NCBI GenBank assembly: GCA_965237805.1
Contig: OZ250153.1
Coordinates: 1,248,001 to 1,312,000 of the forward strand
Direction: 5' to 3'
Length of the DNA stretch: 64,000 nucleotides
Source: Gammaproteobacteria bacterium
GTDB lineage: Bacteria; Pseudomonadota; Gammaproteobacteria; JABABF01
Part shown: one piece after another, positions 19,278 to 31,286 of the stretch
How positions within the stretch are numbered: position 1 is the stretch's first letter
How the letters are laid out: the number at the start of each line of letters is the position of its first letter
The notes under the pieces: model-generated
What the model saw: the letters and a program-made list of their open reading frames with translations, nothing else
Told to the model about the DNA's origin: nothing
Database searches by the model: none
Program-made: the position numbers and the translations under genes

Positions 19278-21401
19278 TCAGCCCAGCTTGACCGCCAATT
19301 CTGCCGCTTCTTCGATGGCACCTTCGATATAACTCACACCCGTACAGTCACCGATGGCGTGGGTGGGGATGCCCTCTGCTTCAAACTGTTCTCGCAGCGT
19401 GGTATTCGCGCTCGCGCCTTTGGCCACAATGACATGGTCGGCTGCCAGCGTGCGCTGCTGGCCACGATAGTTGGTGTAGCTGACTGTATGGTCCCCGATG
19501 CTGATATCACGGGCCTTCGTCAACAGGCCGACGCCGAGCTGAGCCAGTTCATCCAGCAAACGCAAACGACGCACCAGATACAAGCCTTTCCCCGCCCGAG
19601 ACGGCGCATCGATCACGGTGATCTGGCGACCCCTTTCAGCGAGATACTCGGCCAGCTCCAATCCCACTAGCTCACCGCCAATGATCACGATCCGCTGGCC
19701 CAGCGGCAGCCAGATTTTGGAGAACAGCCGTACCAGTCGGCCATTGGCAGAGATGCGGGTGAGCGCGCCCAGCCGGGTGATCAGACGTGTCAGTGTGGTG
19801 GTTTTGCGCACCAGACCAGGATTGTTCTGCGCCAATACCAGTGCCTGCATTTCATCGCCACTGAAGACAAAATCATGCTCGTTACCGGGGATCTCCGGCA
19901 TGTCCCGTTTGGCACCGGCCGCAACAATCACCGCATCGGCACCCAGTTGCTTGACCAGATCTGGCGTGGCCGTCGTGTTCAGCTTGACCTTGACCTTGGA
20001 CTGGGCAATCTGCCGTCGTAGCCAGTGCAACAGGCGTTCGTTTGGCGGATAGGCAATGCTGGCAAATTGCAAGGTGCCGCCGAGACGATTACTGCGCTCT
20101 AATAAGGTGACCTTGAAGCCACGTTGATCGAGTCGCCGCGCAACTTCCATCCCGCCCGGACCACCACCGACAACGACAAAGTGTTTGTCGGCGTCGCTGG
20201 CGATCAGAGCCCGTTCCCGCTCGCGTCCGGTTTCGGGATTAACCGCGCACTTGACCGACTTCTTGATATAGATTTGGCTGACGCAACAGTAACAGTAGAT
20301 ACAGGGCAGAATCTGCTGCGGTGTGCCGGCGGTAATTTTATTGGGCAGATCGGGGTCGGCCAGTATTTTCCTGCCCATGGCCAAGAAATCAAAATGCCCC
20401 TGCTGGATATGGCGATCTGCGGAATCCGGCTCAATCCGGCCTGCGGTGATCACCGGAATCGTGACGGCCTGTTTGATTTCGATGGCGTTGGCCACGAGTC
20501 GCTCGGGCACATGCGGGATGTTCGATTCAGAGTGCATCAAGCCCCGGCCGCTATCGTGATAAGCGCTCACCGTGATCGCATTCGCGCCCGCCGCTTCCGC
20601 CATTTGCGCGGTGGCTTTGGCATCCTCCAGTGAGATCCCTTCGTCGGTGCCAAACTCAGCTGAATCGAGCTTGCACCACACCGGATAGTCGGGGCCCACC
20701 GCCTCGCGTACCGCCCGAATGACCGCTATTAAGAAACGGGCGCGGTTTTCGAGGCAACCACCGTACTCGTCGTCCCGTTGGTTGGTGCGCGGCGACAAGA
20801 ACTCGGAAATGATGTAGCCATGGCCGCCGTGGATTTCCACGCCATCGATACCGGCGATTTTTGCCCGCGAGGCGGCGGCGGCAAATTTTGCCACCAGCGT
20901 GGCGATGTCGGCGGTGGTCATCACATGCAACTCCGCCTGCGGAGCGTTGGGATCGAACATCTGGGCCACTTCAGACTCAAGGAATCCATTCAGATAGGCG
21001 CTCCCGCTGTCGACCGGAATCGAGGGTGCCCAGAGCGGCCGACCGTGCTGGATATCCTCAACGGCCACCAAGCCACCGTGGTGCAACTGAGCCGCCAGCT
21101 TTGCCCCATGGGCATGCACCGCATCGGCCAACGCCGTGAGGCCGGGGATGAAGCGGTCATCGGAAATTGCGACCTGCCTCGGTAGATTGCCGCCCTCCGG
21201 CCAGGCCACACCGGTCACGCCCATGACGATCAAAGCGGCGCCGCCCTTGGCCTGTCGTTCATGGTAATCAATGGTCCGCTCGCCGCAGAAGCCATCAGCG
21301 TCGGCCAGATTCACCCCCATGGCTGTCACCACCATGCGATTTTTCAAGGTCATGGTGCCGATTTGGCCAGCCTGGGTTAACGCGGGGAAATTACTTTTCA
21401 T
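19278..21401 (-). CDS. NADH:flavin oxidoreductase (OYE barrel plus FeS/FAD domain; 2,4-dienoyl-CoA reductase-like)
   Basis: LKNRMV, EIHGGHGYI, NQRDDEYGG, Cys cluster CIYCYCC...C, and GGGPGG. Confidence 0.88.
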   Translation of the reverse strand: MKSNFPALTQAGQIGTMTLKNRMVVTAMGVNLADADGFCGERTIDYHERQAKGGAALIVMGVTGVAWPEGGNLPRQVAISDDRFIPGLTALADAVHAHGAKLAAQLHHGGLVAVEDIQHGRPLWAPSIPVDSGSAYLNGFLESEVAQMFDPNAPQAELHVMTTADIATLVAKFAAAASRAKIAGIDGVEIHGGHGYIISEFLSPRTNQRDDEYGGCLENRARFLIAVIRAVREAVGPDYPVWCKLDSAEFGTDEGISLEDAKATAQMAEAAGANAITVSAYHDSGRGLMHSESNIPHVPERLVANAIEIKQAVTIPVITAGRIEPDSADRHIQQGHFDFLAMGRKILADPDLPNKITAGTPQQILPCIYCYCCVSQIYIKKSVKCAVNPETGRERERALIASDADKHFVVVGGGPGGMEVARRLDQRGFKVTLLERSNRLGGTLQFASIAYPPNERLLHWLRRQIAQSKVKVKLNTTATPDLVKQLGADAVIVAAGAKRDMPEIPGNEHDFVFSGDEMQALVLAQNNPGLVRKTTTLTRLITRLGALTRISANGRLVRLFSKIWLPLGQRIVIIGGELVGLELAEYLAERGRQITVIDAPSRAGKGLYLVRRLRLLDELAQLGVGLLTKARDISIGDHTVSYTNYRGQQRTLAADHVIVAKGASANTTLREQFEAEGIPTHAIGDCTGVSYIEGAIEEAAELAVKLG

Positions 21402-21493
21402 CAGCTGATTTCCAAAATTTCGAAAGCCATCAGAAATTGCCCGCTTGAGAGTGCAGCGGCAGCTCGCTGGATGGCACCGTTAGTATACTGAAA

Positions 21494-23239
21494 TTACTGG
21501 CCTCGCCGGTAAACAGTCGCGCCTTCCTTGATCGTCTCCAGCACCATGATCTCGGCCAAGTTGGCGGTGTTGGTGGTCAGTGGATTGCGATCCAGAATCA
21601 CAAAATCCGCTAGTTTCCCCACTTCCAGAGAGCCCTTTAGATGTTCCTCGAAATGCTGGCTAGCAGCGTCGATGCTAACTGCGCGTAGCGCCTGTGCGAC
21701 GGTGGCTTGCTGTTTCCTGCCCAATGTTTTTCCGCTACGGGTTTCGCGATTGACAGCAGTCCAGAGCAGCAGCGCCATATTGGGCGGCACAACCGGGGTA
21801 TCGTTGTGAATGGTATAGCGGATTCCCCGCCGGGTGGCGGACTGTAACGGGCTGATCCGTTTGGCACGTGCATTTCCCAGTACCGAATCACGGTGCCAGT
21901 CGCCCCAGTAAAATGTGTGGGCGACAAAAAAGGATGGGATCATATTCAGCTCGTTCATCACGTCCAGCTGATCGTCGCGTACTGTCTGGGCGTGGATCAT
22001 GACCGTGCGCCGATCTGCCGCACCCTGAACCGCAGACACCTTGCTGACCGTGCGGATCAACTGGTCTGCGGCAGCATCTCCGTTGGCGTGTGCCAATACC
22101 TGCCAGCCCTCGGCAAAGAACTCGCTGATATAAGCTTCCAGCTCCTCATCCGACAGAATCGGATAGCCGCGATACTCTTTTGGCTTCCCGGCTGGCGGTA
22201 GGTGGTAGGGCTGGCTCAGCCAGGCCGTCTTGCCCTGTGGAGAACCGTCCAATACCAATTTCACACCGCCGACACGGAAGTGCTTTCGGTAATCCGATTG
22301 CGGCGAAAATTCACCCCTAAGCTGCTCCAGATACACCCATGCGGGGTAGGCAATAACATCCAGCTTGAGCCGATCTAGGCGAGCGGCTTCGCGCAGCAGT
22401 GCCAGGCCCGCCGGGTTTGCCGCTCCGTCCTGAACACTGGTAATACCATAGCGGGCGTAATAATCCTGCGTCTTATCCAGCAACGCCATACGGGTTTTGC
22501 GGTCAAGCTCAGGCAGAATTTTAAAAACCGGATGCATCGCCGTTTCTTCCAGCACACCGTTGGGCTCGCGATTGCCGGGCCCCCGGCGAAACGTCCCGCC
22601 TGCGGGATCTTCTGTCGCCGCCGTAATGTTGGCCAACTCTAGACATTTGGAGTTGCATACGCCCAAGTGGCCGGACACATGACGAATGAATACGGGATCT
22701 TCGGTTGAGATCTTATCCAGATCAAAGCGTGTGGGGTGGCGCTGTTCCACCAGTAGCGATTCATCGTAACCAGTGCCAATAATCCACTGGCCAGCAGGGA
22801 TTTTTCCCTTGGCGGCCCGCAGAACCCTAATGATATCGGCGACTTTTTTGACCGGTCCTACCGGTGCTGAGGCCACATTCTCGTAGGCCAAATAATCCAG
22901 TGTCATCATAAAATGACCGTGGGCATCGATAAATCCTGGGAGTAGTGTGCTGCCCTGTAAATCGATCACTGTGGCTTCTTTACCAGCTGCCATTTTTACC
23001 ATTTCTTCCATTCCCACAGCCAAGATCTCAGCGCCGCGCACGGCGATGGCCTCAGCGGTGGGCTGCTGCTCATCCATGGTGATGATGGTGCCATTGGTAT
23101 AAAGCCGAGTTGCCGCTCCAGTCTGTGTCGCAGAGTCGGCTGTTGTGATCGCTGTCAACATTTGGGGTTGACCACAGGCGGCGATCAACACGGTGGCACT
23201 CACTGCACTTAATGTTTTTAGCGTTGCAAGTAAATTCAT
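21494..23239 (-). CDS. Amidohydrolase-3 (YtcJ-like) metallohydrolase, probable lipoprotein
   Basis: PGFIDAHGH, DGSPQGKTA, HANGD, IHAQ and GSLEVGKLADFVIL; lipobox-like LIAA-C. True start is near 23239, not 23824. Confidence 0.88.
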   Translation of the reverse strand: MNLLATLKTLSAVSATVLIAACGQPQMLTAITTADSATQTGAATRLYTNGTIITMDEQQPTAEAIAVRGAEILAVGMEEMVKMAAGKEATVIDLQGSTLLPGFIDAHGHFMMTLDYLAYENVASAPVGPVKKVADIIRVLRAAKGKIPAGQWIIGTGYDESLLVEQRHPTRFDLDKISTEDPVFIRHVSGHLGVCNSKCLELANITAATEDPAGGTFRRGPGNREPNGVLEETAMHPVFKILPELDRKTRMALLDKTQDYYARYGITSVQDGAANPAGLALLREAARLDRLKLDVIAYPAWVYLEQLRGEFSPQSDYRKHFRVGGVKLVLDGSPQGKTAWLSQPYHLPPAGKPKEYRGYPILSDEELEAYISEFFAEGWQVLAHANGDAAADQLIRTVSKVSAVQGAADRRTVMIHAQTVRDDQLDVMNELNMIPSFFVAHTFYWGDWHRDSVLGNARAKRISPLQSATRRGIRYTIHNDTPVVPPNMALLLWTAVNRETRSGKTLGRKQQATVAQALRAVSIDAASQHFEEHLKGSLEVGKLADFVILDRNPLTTNTANLAEIMVLETIKEGATVYRRGQ

Positions 23240-23266
23240 AGGCAAATTTTCCATTGGGGGATGCCT

Positions 23267-23302
23267 GAATCCTGCCCGAGGTGTCGCAGTGGTGGGTGGA
23301 GC
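23267..23302 (+). repeat. Degenerate copy of tRNA-Arg 3' end plus trailer (att-like scar)
   Basis: 29/36 nt match to 19073-19108; the last 14 nt (gtggtgggtggagc) are identical. Confidence 0.75.
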
Positions 23303-23309
23303 ATAGCGC

Positions 23310-24017
23310 TCAACTCTCCACCCGCTCCCGTAGCCAGCTGAGGCGCTCGGGTGTGCCGACATCGCACCATAGGCCGCGATAGTGTTGTCCGCCCACCAAG
23401 CCGCGGCGCACGGCGCGGTGCAGGGGCTCGCGCAATGGAAAGCGCATGGAGCTCTCCTCGGCCAGCAACTCGGGAGACAGCAGCGCGATGCCGGCGTAGA
23501 GCAGGCTGTTGCCGCCTGCCGCCATCTCTTGGGCTGCCTCCCGCACAAGTCCCTCTTCCCCGAGCTGGAAGTCCGCCGGCCTTGTTCCCCAAGGCGGCTC
23601 CACCAGCACCAGCTGTGCCAGTCGTCCTTGCGGCAGTCCCGCCGCCAGCAGCTCGCGGTAGGGGAACTCGGTCCATACATCGGCGTTGCACAGCACAAAG
23701 GGGCTTGGTGGCAACAGCCCGGTGCGCAGCGCCCGCATGATGCCGCCGCCAGTGCCGAGCCGCTCGTCCGGCGTCGTCGCTTCGCGTGACCACTGGATGT
23801 GTAGCCCCACGCGCTCGCCGTCACCGAAATGCCGCTCTACGGCATCGGCGTGCGGCCCCAAGTTGACCACTACTTCGCGAATACCACCGTCGCGCAGCCG
23901 CAACAGCTGCCACTCCAACAAGGGCTTCCCCTGGACCTCGACCATCGCTTTGGACATGGTCTCGGTCAGCGGCCGCAGCCGCGCACCGTGCCCGGCTGCC
24001 AGCACCATGGCTCTCAC
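23310..24017 (-). CDS. murU: N-acetylmuramate alpha-1-phosphate uridylyltransferase
   Basis: MRAMVLAAGHGARLRPLT, LGTGGGI and WCDVGTPERL; coupled to amgK. Confidence 0.88.
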   Translation of the reverse strand: MRAMVLAAGHGARLRPLTETMSKAMVEVQGKPLLEWQLLRLRDGGIREVVVNLGPHADAVERHFGDGERVGLHIQWSREATTPDERLGTGGGIMRALRTGLLPPSPFVLCNADVWTEFPYRELLAAGLPQGRLAQLVLVEPPWGTRPADFQLGEEGLVREAAQEMAAGGNSLLYAGIALLSPELLAEESSMRFPLREPLHRAVRRGLVGGQHYRGLWCDVGTPERLSWLRERVES

Positions 24018-25081
24018 GCTGCGCCCCCGCTGTGACCGCCGTCCGCCGCTCCGTCGCCGCTCAGTGCCACTCCCAGTGCCTCCAGACGGGGCTGTAGCGA
24101 CGGCCCCAAGCGCTCGCTAAACCAGTGGTGGAAAGCATCCAGCTCGGGATGGCGCCCACAACAATCGTGCACATAACGCAATACCTGTGGCAGGTCGCCC
24201 AAGTAGCGTGGCTTGCCGTCGCGCAACCACAGCCGGGCGAAGATGCCCAGCACCTTGAGATGCCGCTGTAGCCCCGCCAAGTCGACATCGCGCAGGAAGC
24301 GCCCGGCGCCGATGGCCTCGTCCAATACGCCCGCCGCCACCGCTCGCTGGCGGTAGTTTTCCACCCAACGCTCGACTTGGTCACGTTCCCAAGCGATGTA
24401 GCAATCCTTGAACAGCGAGGCCACATCGTAGGCGGCCGCCCCCCAGACGGCATCTTGGAAATCGATGACGCCGAGGCGTCCGTCCGCTGTGGGGATCAGA
24501 TTGCGCGAGTGGTAGTCGCGGTGCACGAATACCGCCGGTTGCGCGAGCATCTCGTCTACCAGCAAGCCGAACAACTCGTGCAGTAGCCGCTCGTCCTGCG
24601 GCCGCAATTCCAGCTCCAATAACTCACTGACGAACCAGTGTCCGAATAGGCTCAGCTCGTCTTCCAGCAAGCGCTTGCCGTAGCGTGGCAGGCGGTGTCC
24701 CTCGAATTCGCGCGGGCAAGCTTGCAGCTGGATCAGGGTTGCCACTGCCTGCCCGTACAGCTGCTCTGCCGCCGCTGTGTCGCTTGCCTGTAGTCTTTGC
24801 AAGAGCAAGCTGTCTCCGAAGTCCTCCAGCAATAGGTAGCCACGCTTGGCCTCGACTGCATGCAGGGCGGGCACGGTGACACCGCCCGCCTCCAGCTGTC
24901 GGCGCACGGCGATGAAGCTGGTGACATCCCCCTGTTCCGGCGGTGCCCATACCGCCAGCAAGCCCTTCCCCGGTGGTGTTAGCAGGCGAAAGTAGCGCCG
25001 GAACCCCGCGTCCCCGCCACACTCCCGCCACTTTGGCAAGACCCCCAGCTGCGCTGCGCACCAATGCCTTAACTCGTCCAC
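24014..25081 (-). CDS. amgK: N-acetylmuramate/GlcNAc anomeric kinase
   Basis: GDAGFRRYFR, HRDYHSRNL, IDFQDA and RHLKVLGIFARL. Confidence 0.9.
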   Translation of the reverse strand: MDELRHWCAAQLGVLPKWRECGGDAGFRRYFRLLTPPGKGLLAVWAPPEQGDVTSFIAVRRQLEAGGVTVPALHAVEAKRGYLLLEDFGDSLLLQRLQASDTAAAEQLYGQAVATLIQLQACPREFEGHRLPRYGKRLLEDELSLFGHWFVSELLELELRPQDERLLHELFGLLVDEMLAQPAVFVHRDYHSRNLIPTADGRLGVIDFQDAVWGAAAYDVASLFKDCYIAWERDQVERWVENYRQRAVAAGVLDEAIGAGRFLRDVDLAGLQRHLKVLGIFARLWLRDGKPRYLGDLPQVLRYVHDCCGRHPELDAFHHWFSERLGPSLQPRLEALGVALSGDGAADGGHSGGAA

Positions 25082-25195
25082 CTCGTCTCTCTCGCTGGGC
25101 AGCTGCTGGCGCTATTCTGTAACATTGTGCGCAGGCGGTGATCAGGCTGCCCAACTGCCTGTGGGGTGGGGCGGGGCATCCGAGGGGGTATAGCC

Positions 25196-26721
<1,526 letters not shown>

Positions 26722-26725
<4 letters not shown>

Positions 26726-28971
26726 CCGCTTTGGCACCACCGTGGGTTGCGTGCCGCTTGGCGCCGTCGGCGACCCTGCTCGTTGTCGCGTCGCTCTTCT
26801 TTGCTTTGTCTCCGCCAGCTGTGGGGCAAGTAGCCACGCCCGAGGCGGGGGCGGTGCTGGCTTCCGCCGCTGGCGGTTGCCCGCGTTCTGACGCTCCCTA
26901 TTGGCAACCGCAGTCCGGCAGACCTTGCTGTGGCATATTCGCGCCGCCGCCGTTGACGGCGCTGGGTGTCGAGGAAATGCGCGTCAAAGCGCTACACAGC
27001 AGTCTGCGTCCAAACGGGGAAACCCACCTCAGCGGTGGTGCCAGCGTCGACCTTGGGGCGATGCGCCTGCGCGCCGACGAGATGGTGATCGATGCCGATG
27101 GCGATAGCGTGAGGCTCAGCGGTGGGGTGCGCGTCGAGCGGCCAGAGGCTGCATTCAGCGCTGATAGTGCGACCTTCAACCGGCACAGTCGTGACTTGGA
27201 GCTGCGGCAGCTGCGTTATGTGTTGTTCGACTTGCAGGCTCATGGTGGTGCCGAGCGCGCCGCATGGTCCGCCGGGCAGCTGCGCCTCGATCGCGCCAGT
27301 TTCAGCCTGTGTCCGCCCGGCGAGACGGGCTGGCGCTTCGAGCTCGGTAGCCTGCGCGTCGATCGCGAGCGCGGCTATGTGGCGATGCGCGATGTACGGC
27401 TCTATTGGGGGCGTCGTCAGCTGTTGCGCCTGCCGGCTTGGTGGCTGCCGATCGACCGTCGGCGCAGCGGTTTATTGCTGCCTGACATCGGCTATTCCAG
27501 CGACGGTGGGTTGCGCTGGCATCAGCCGTTCTACTTGAATCTGGCACCTCACTACGATGCCACGTTGGCGCTGGCTGCGATCAGTCGGCGTGGCGCACTG
27601 CTGGCGGGAGAATTCCGCCGCCGCGATCGTTTCGGCTCGTGGCAGGCGGCGGCGAGTTTTCTGCCGGATGATCGTGTTGCCAGTGCTCGGCGCTGGCACT
27701 ATCGGCTGGAGCATATGGGTGGCATCGGTGCCTGGCAGACGGAGGCGGATGTCACACGCATCAGCGATCGGCGCTATTTTGACGATCTGAGCTATTTGTC
27801 GGCTGGGGTGGACGAGCGCCGCCGCACATTGCCGCAGCGTGTGCAAGTGCGCCACAGCGGTTCGGCGCACCATGTGGCGCTGGGTTGGGAGCGGCATCAG
27901 AATCTCGCTGAAGATCTCTCCGACAGCGGTTATCAGCGCGAGCCGTGGCTGTCGGCCAGCACCCAGTTCGGCGTGCCGGGTGCTGGGCCAGCGCTGGCCG
28001 TGGTGCTGGACTACGCCCACTATACCCACGCCGATGGCGTGCTGGCCGATGGTGGCCGCCTGTACACCAGCGTGGAGGCGGATTGGACACGGCAGTGGGG
28101 TGCGTGGCGCTGGCGTCCGTGGTTGCGCTTGGCACAGCTGTGGCACGGGGGGCACGGCAGTGTGGTGGCTCCTGCGACGGGGGTCGATTTGGAGTGGTCC
28201 GCATGGCGGCAGCTGAGTGCGGGTGGCGTGCTACGGCAGCTACGCCACCGCCTGCGTTATCATTATGTGCCTCGCCGCGAGCAGGGGAGCCGTCCGGTTT
28301 ACGACAGCCAGAGCTTGCGCTTCGACCGCCACCAGCTATTTCGTGATGGTCGTTTTAGTGGCTTTGATCGCATCGCCGACACCAATCGCCTGTCGTTGGA
28401 GGCCAGTGCCGAGTGGTTGTGGCCACGACGTGATGCGGAGCTGCGGCTAAGCCTCGGTCAGATACACTATTTTTCTGATCGGCGTGTGGCGCTGGCAAAT
28501 GGTGAGGGTGCAGCCAGTACCACGCGTTCGCCGCTGGCCATCGCTTTTGGGGCACGTCTTGCACCGTGGGAGTTGGCCTTGGAGCTGGCTTGGGATGAGC
28601 GCGCTGGGCGCTTGGACATGTCGGATTGGGAGTTGGCGTGGCGTTCAGAGGGCGGTGCCGAGTTCGCCGCCCAGTGGTATTTCGCCCGCGGCGAGGTGGC
28701 ATTCGGGCAACAGGCAGGGTTGCGCGCCGAGCTGCCGCTCGGCGCGCGCTGGCGGTGGTATGGCGCTTGGCGCGGCGATCTTGAAGGCGGCGGTTTGATT
28801 GACGCAGAAATGGGACTGGATTACCGTAGTTGTTGCTGGAGTGCCGGACTGAGTTTCCGGCGTAGCCTGCGCACAGAAGGTCACCATACGGGAGATGTAC
28901 TGTTGAACTTCCGCTTTGGTCGTCCGCGGTCTATCGCGGTGCGCGATACGATGGCGCATCGCGATGACTAG
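26722..28971 (+). CDS. lptD: LPS assembly protein LptD
   Basis: FSLCPPG, RRSGLLLP, PFYLNLAPHYDAT, RFSGFDRIAD and C-terminal CCW; precedes surA. Start is approximate. Confidence 0.9.
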
Positions 28972-30292
28972 ATTGCTTTGGGTGCGGGGATCGGTCGCCT
29001 CTGCCACGGTGCTGGCGGCCTTGGCCGTCGCTTCGCTGGCGCTGGTTCTTGCGGTCGTCGTGTTGCTGTCGGCGCGGGCTGATGCCGAGGTTTTGCTTGA
29101 CCGCGTGCTGGCGGTGGCCGACGATGAAGTCATTTTGCTGGGCGAATTTAATGCGCGCTATGTCGAGCTGCACACGCGGTTGCAGCAGCGCGATCCGGAG
29201 CGCGTGCCGCCAGCCTCGGAGTTGCGCCGACAATTGCTCGACCAGATGGTGCTCGAGCGTTTGCAGCTACAACTCGCCGTGCGTGCCAGTATCCAGATCA
29301 GCGACCGCGAGCTGAACGAAGCGCTGAGCCGCATGGCAGCAGAGCAGGGGCTCGAGATCGACGGCATGATCGACCGGTTGGAGCGAGAAGGTGGCGATTA
29401 CATCGCGTTGCGCCAGCAGCTGCGCGAGCAGATGATCATCGAGCGCGTACAGCTGGTCAATGTGCGCCGTCGCCTGCATCTGAGCGCACAGGAGATCGAG
29501 GACTATCTCGCTTCGGTGGCTGGGGCGGCACTGCTGGAGACGCGCTATCACCTGTTCCATGTCCGCTTGCCGCTTGCTGCCGATGCGTCGCCGACGCGCG
29601 AGGAGCGGGTGCGCGAGCAGCTGAGCCAGCTGCGTGAGCGTGCCGCAGGCAGCGATCTGCTACGCGCGGCTGCAACTATCGAGAGTCAGCGTCTGCGATC
29701 GGCCGATTTGAAATGGCGCACACGTAGCGAGCTGCCCTATCTGTTTGAGCAAGTGGTGGCTAAGATGACAGTCGGTGAGATATTGGGGCCGCTGCGCAAC
29801 GAGAGCGGCCTGCACTTGATCCAGCTGCAAGGGCGGCGCGGTAAGGGTGAAACCGAGACGGAGCTGCATGTGCGGCACATCCTATTGGTGCCATCGGAAT
29901 TGCGTGATGCCAGCCAGTCGCGCGCAAATCTGGAGCGGCTGCGCCGCCGCTTGCTCGACGGCGCGAGTTTTGCCCCATTGGCGCAAGAGTATTCCGAAGA
30001 CAATCATTCCAAGCTCAGCGGCGGAGATTTGGGCTGGGTGCGTGCGAAACAAGTGGATGCTGACTTCGCCGAGGCGATGTTGGCTTTGGCGGTGGGTGAA
30101 TTGAGTAGGGTGGTGCAGAGTCGGCACGGCTTCCACCTGATCGAAGTACTGGAGCGCCGCCAACGTGATGTCGCCGAGGAAGAGGCGCGCCGCCGGGTGG
30201 GGGAATTCCTGTATCGGCAGCGTTATCCTCAAGAGTTGCAGACTTGGCTGGATGAACTGCGCGACAGCGCCTATGTCGACCTGCGTTGGTGA
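28964..30292 (+). CDS. surA: Chaperone/PPIase SurA
   Basis: LDRVLAVADDEVIL, HVRHILL, GGDLGW and GFHLIEV. Confidence 0.92.
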   Translation: MTRLLWVRGSVASATVLAALAVASLALVLAVVVLLSARADAEVLLDRVLAVADDEVILLGEFNARYVELHTRLQQRDPERVPPASELRRQLLDQMVLERLQLQLAVRASIQISDRELNEALSRMAAEQGLEIDGMIDRLEREGGDYIALRQQLREQMIIERVQLVNVRRRLHLSAQEIEDYLASVAGAALLETRYHLFHVRLPLAADASPTREERVREQLSQLRERAAGSDLLRAAATIESQRLRSADLKWRTRSELPYLFEQVVAKMTVGEILGPLRNESGLHLIQLQGRRGKGETETELHVRHILLVPSELRDASQSRANLERLRRRLLDGASFAPLAQEYSEDNHSKLSGGDLGWVRAKQVDADFAEAMLALAVGELSRVVQSRHGFHLIEVLERRQRDVAEEEARRRVGEFLYRQRYPQELQTWLDELRDSAYVDLRW

Positions 30293-31286
30293 GCGCCCCG
30301 TTCGCTTGGCCCTGACACCGGGCGAGCCAGCGGGTATCGGGCCGGATTTGGCGGTGTTGGCCGCGCAGCGCGAGCGCGCAGTGGAGTTGGTGGTGGTCGC
30401 TGATCCGGAACTTCTCCGCGCACGTGCGAGCCAGCTCGGGCTGGGGTTGGAATTGCAGGCTTTTGAAGTCGCTGCCGAGCGGCCGGTTTGCCGTCGGGCG
30501 GGGGCACTGTCCTATGCCGCCGAGCCGCTGGCGGCGGCGGTGGTACCCGGTGAGTTGGAGCCGGCCAATGCCCCCTATGTGTTGGCGACGCTGCGGCGGG
30601 CGGCGCAGCTGTGCTTGGGCGGCAGCTGCGAGGGCATGGTGACCGGGCCAGTGCACAAGGCTGTCCTCAACCGGAACGGTCATTCCTTCAGCGGTCACAC
30701 CGAATTTTTGGCAGAGTACACTGGCGCGGGGCAGGTGGTGATGATGCTGGTGGCTGGTTCGCTACGGGTCGCTTTGGCTACCACCCACCTGCCATTGTCC
30801 GAGGTGTCAGCCAATATTTGCAGCGATTCGCTGGAGCGCATATTGCGGGTATTGGTTGTGGGTTTGGAGCGCTATTTCGATTGTGCCACGCCGCGCATCA
30901 TGGTTTGTGGGCTCAACCCCCATGCTGGGGAGAGCGGTACGCTGGGCCGCGAGGAGATCGAGGTCATCGAGCCGTGCTTGGCGATGCTGCGTGCCGAGGG
31001 CTTGAGCATCGAGGGGCCGGTACCAGCTGACACAGCCTTCACGCCAGCGCGCCTTGCAGGGGTGGATGCCGTGTTGGCGATGTACCATGACCAAGGCTTG
31101 CCAGTGCTCAAGCACAGCGGTTTCGGCAACGCTATCAACATCACGCTCGGTTTGCCGATACTGCGCGTCTCGGTGGATCATGGCACGGCACTGGATCGCG
31201 CTGGTGGGCACGGTGGGGCGGTAGACGAAGGCAGTCTCAGCGCTGCCATCGACACCGCGGCGGTGTTGGCGCACCGTGCGCGCTAG
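30273..31286 (+). CDS. pdxA: 4-hydroxythreonine-4-phosphate dehydrogenase
   Basis: GEPAGIGPD, GHTEFLA, NPHAGE, MYHDQG and SVDHGTA. Confidence 0.95.
   Translation: MSTCVGERPVRLALTPGEPAGIGPDLAVLAAQRERAVELVVVADPELLRARASQLGLGLELQAFEVAAERPVCRRAGALSYAAEPLAAAVVPGELEPANAPYVLATLRRAAQLCLGGSCEGMVTGPVHKAVLNRNGHSFSGHTEFLAEYTGAGQVVMMLVAGSLRVALATTHLPLSEVSANICSDSLERILRVLVVGLERYFDCATPRIMVCGLNPHAGESGTLGREEIEVIEPCLAMLRAEGLSIEGPVPADTAFTPARLAGVDAVLAMYHDQGLPVLKHSGFGNAINITLGLPILRVSVDHGTALDRAGGHGGAVDEGSLSAAIDTAAVLAHRAR

Larger units (their letters stand above)
19093..23302. mobile_element. Integrase-free islet at tRNA-Arg 3' end
   Basis: Bounded by a degenerate 36-bp direct repeat (19073-19108 vs 23267-23302). It carries two lower-GC cargo genes, and backbone murU ends at 23310. 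Confidence 0.6.

Noticed and set aside
23240-23824. 776-aa amidohydrolase with a long N-terminal extension
   Set aside because: The extension overlaps murU in another frame and crosses the att-like scar. A signal peptide begins at 23239.
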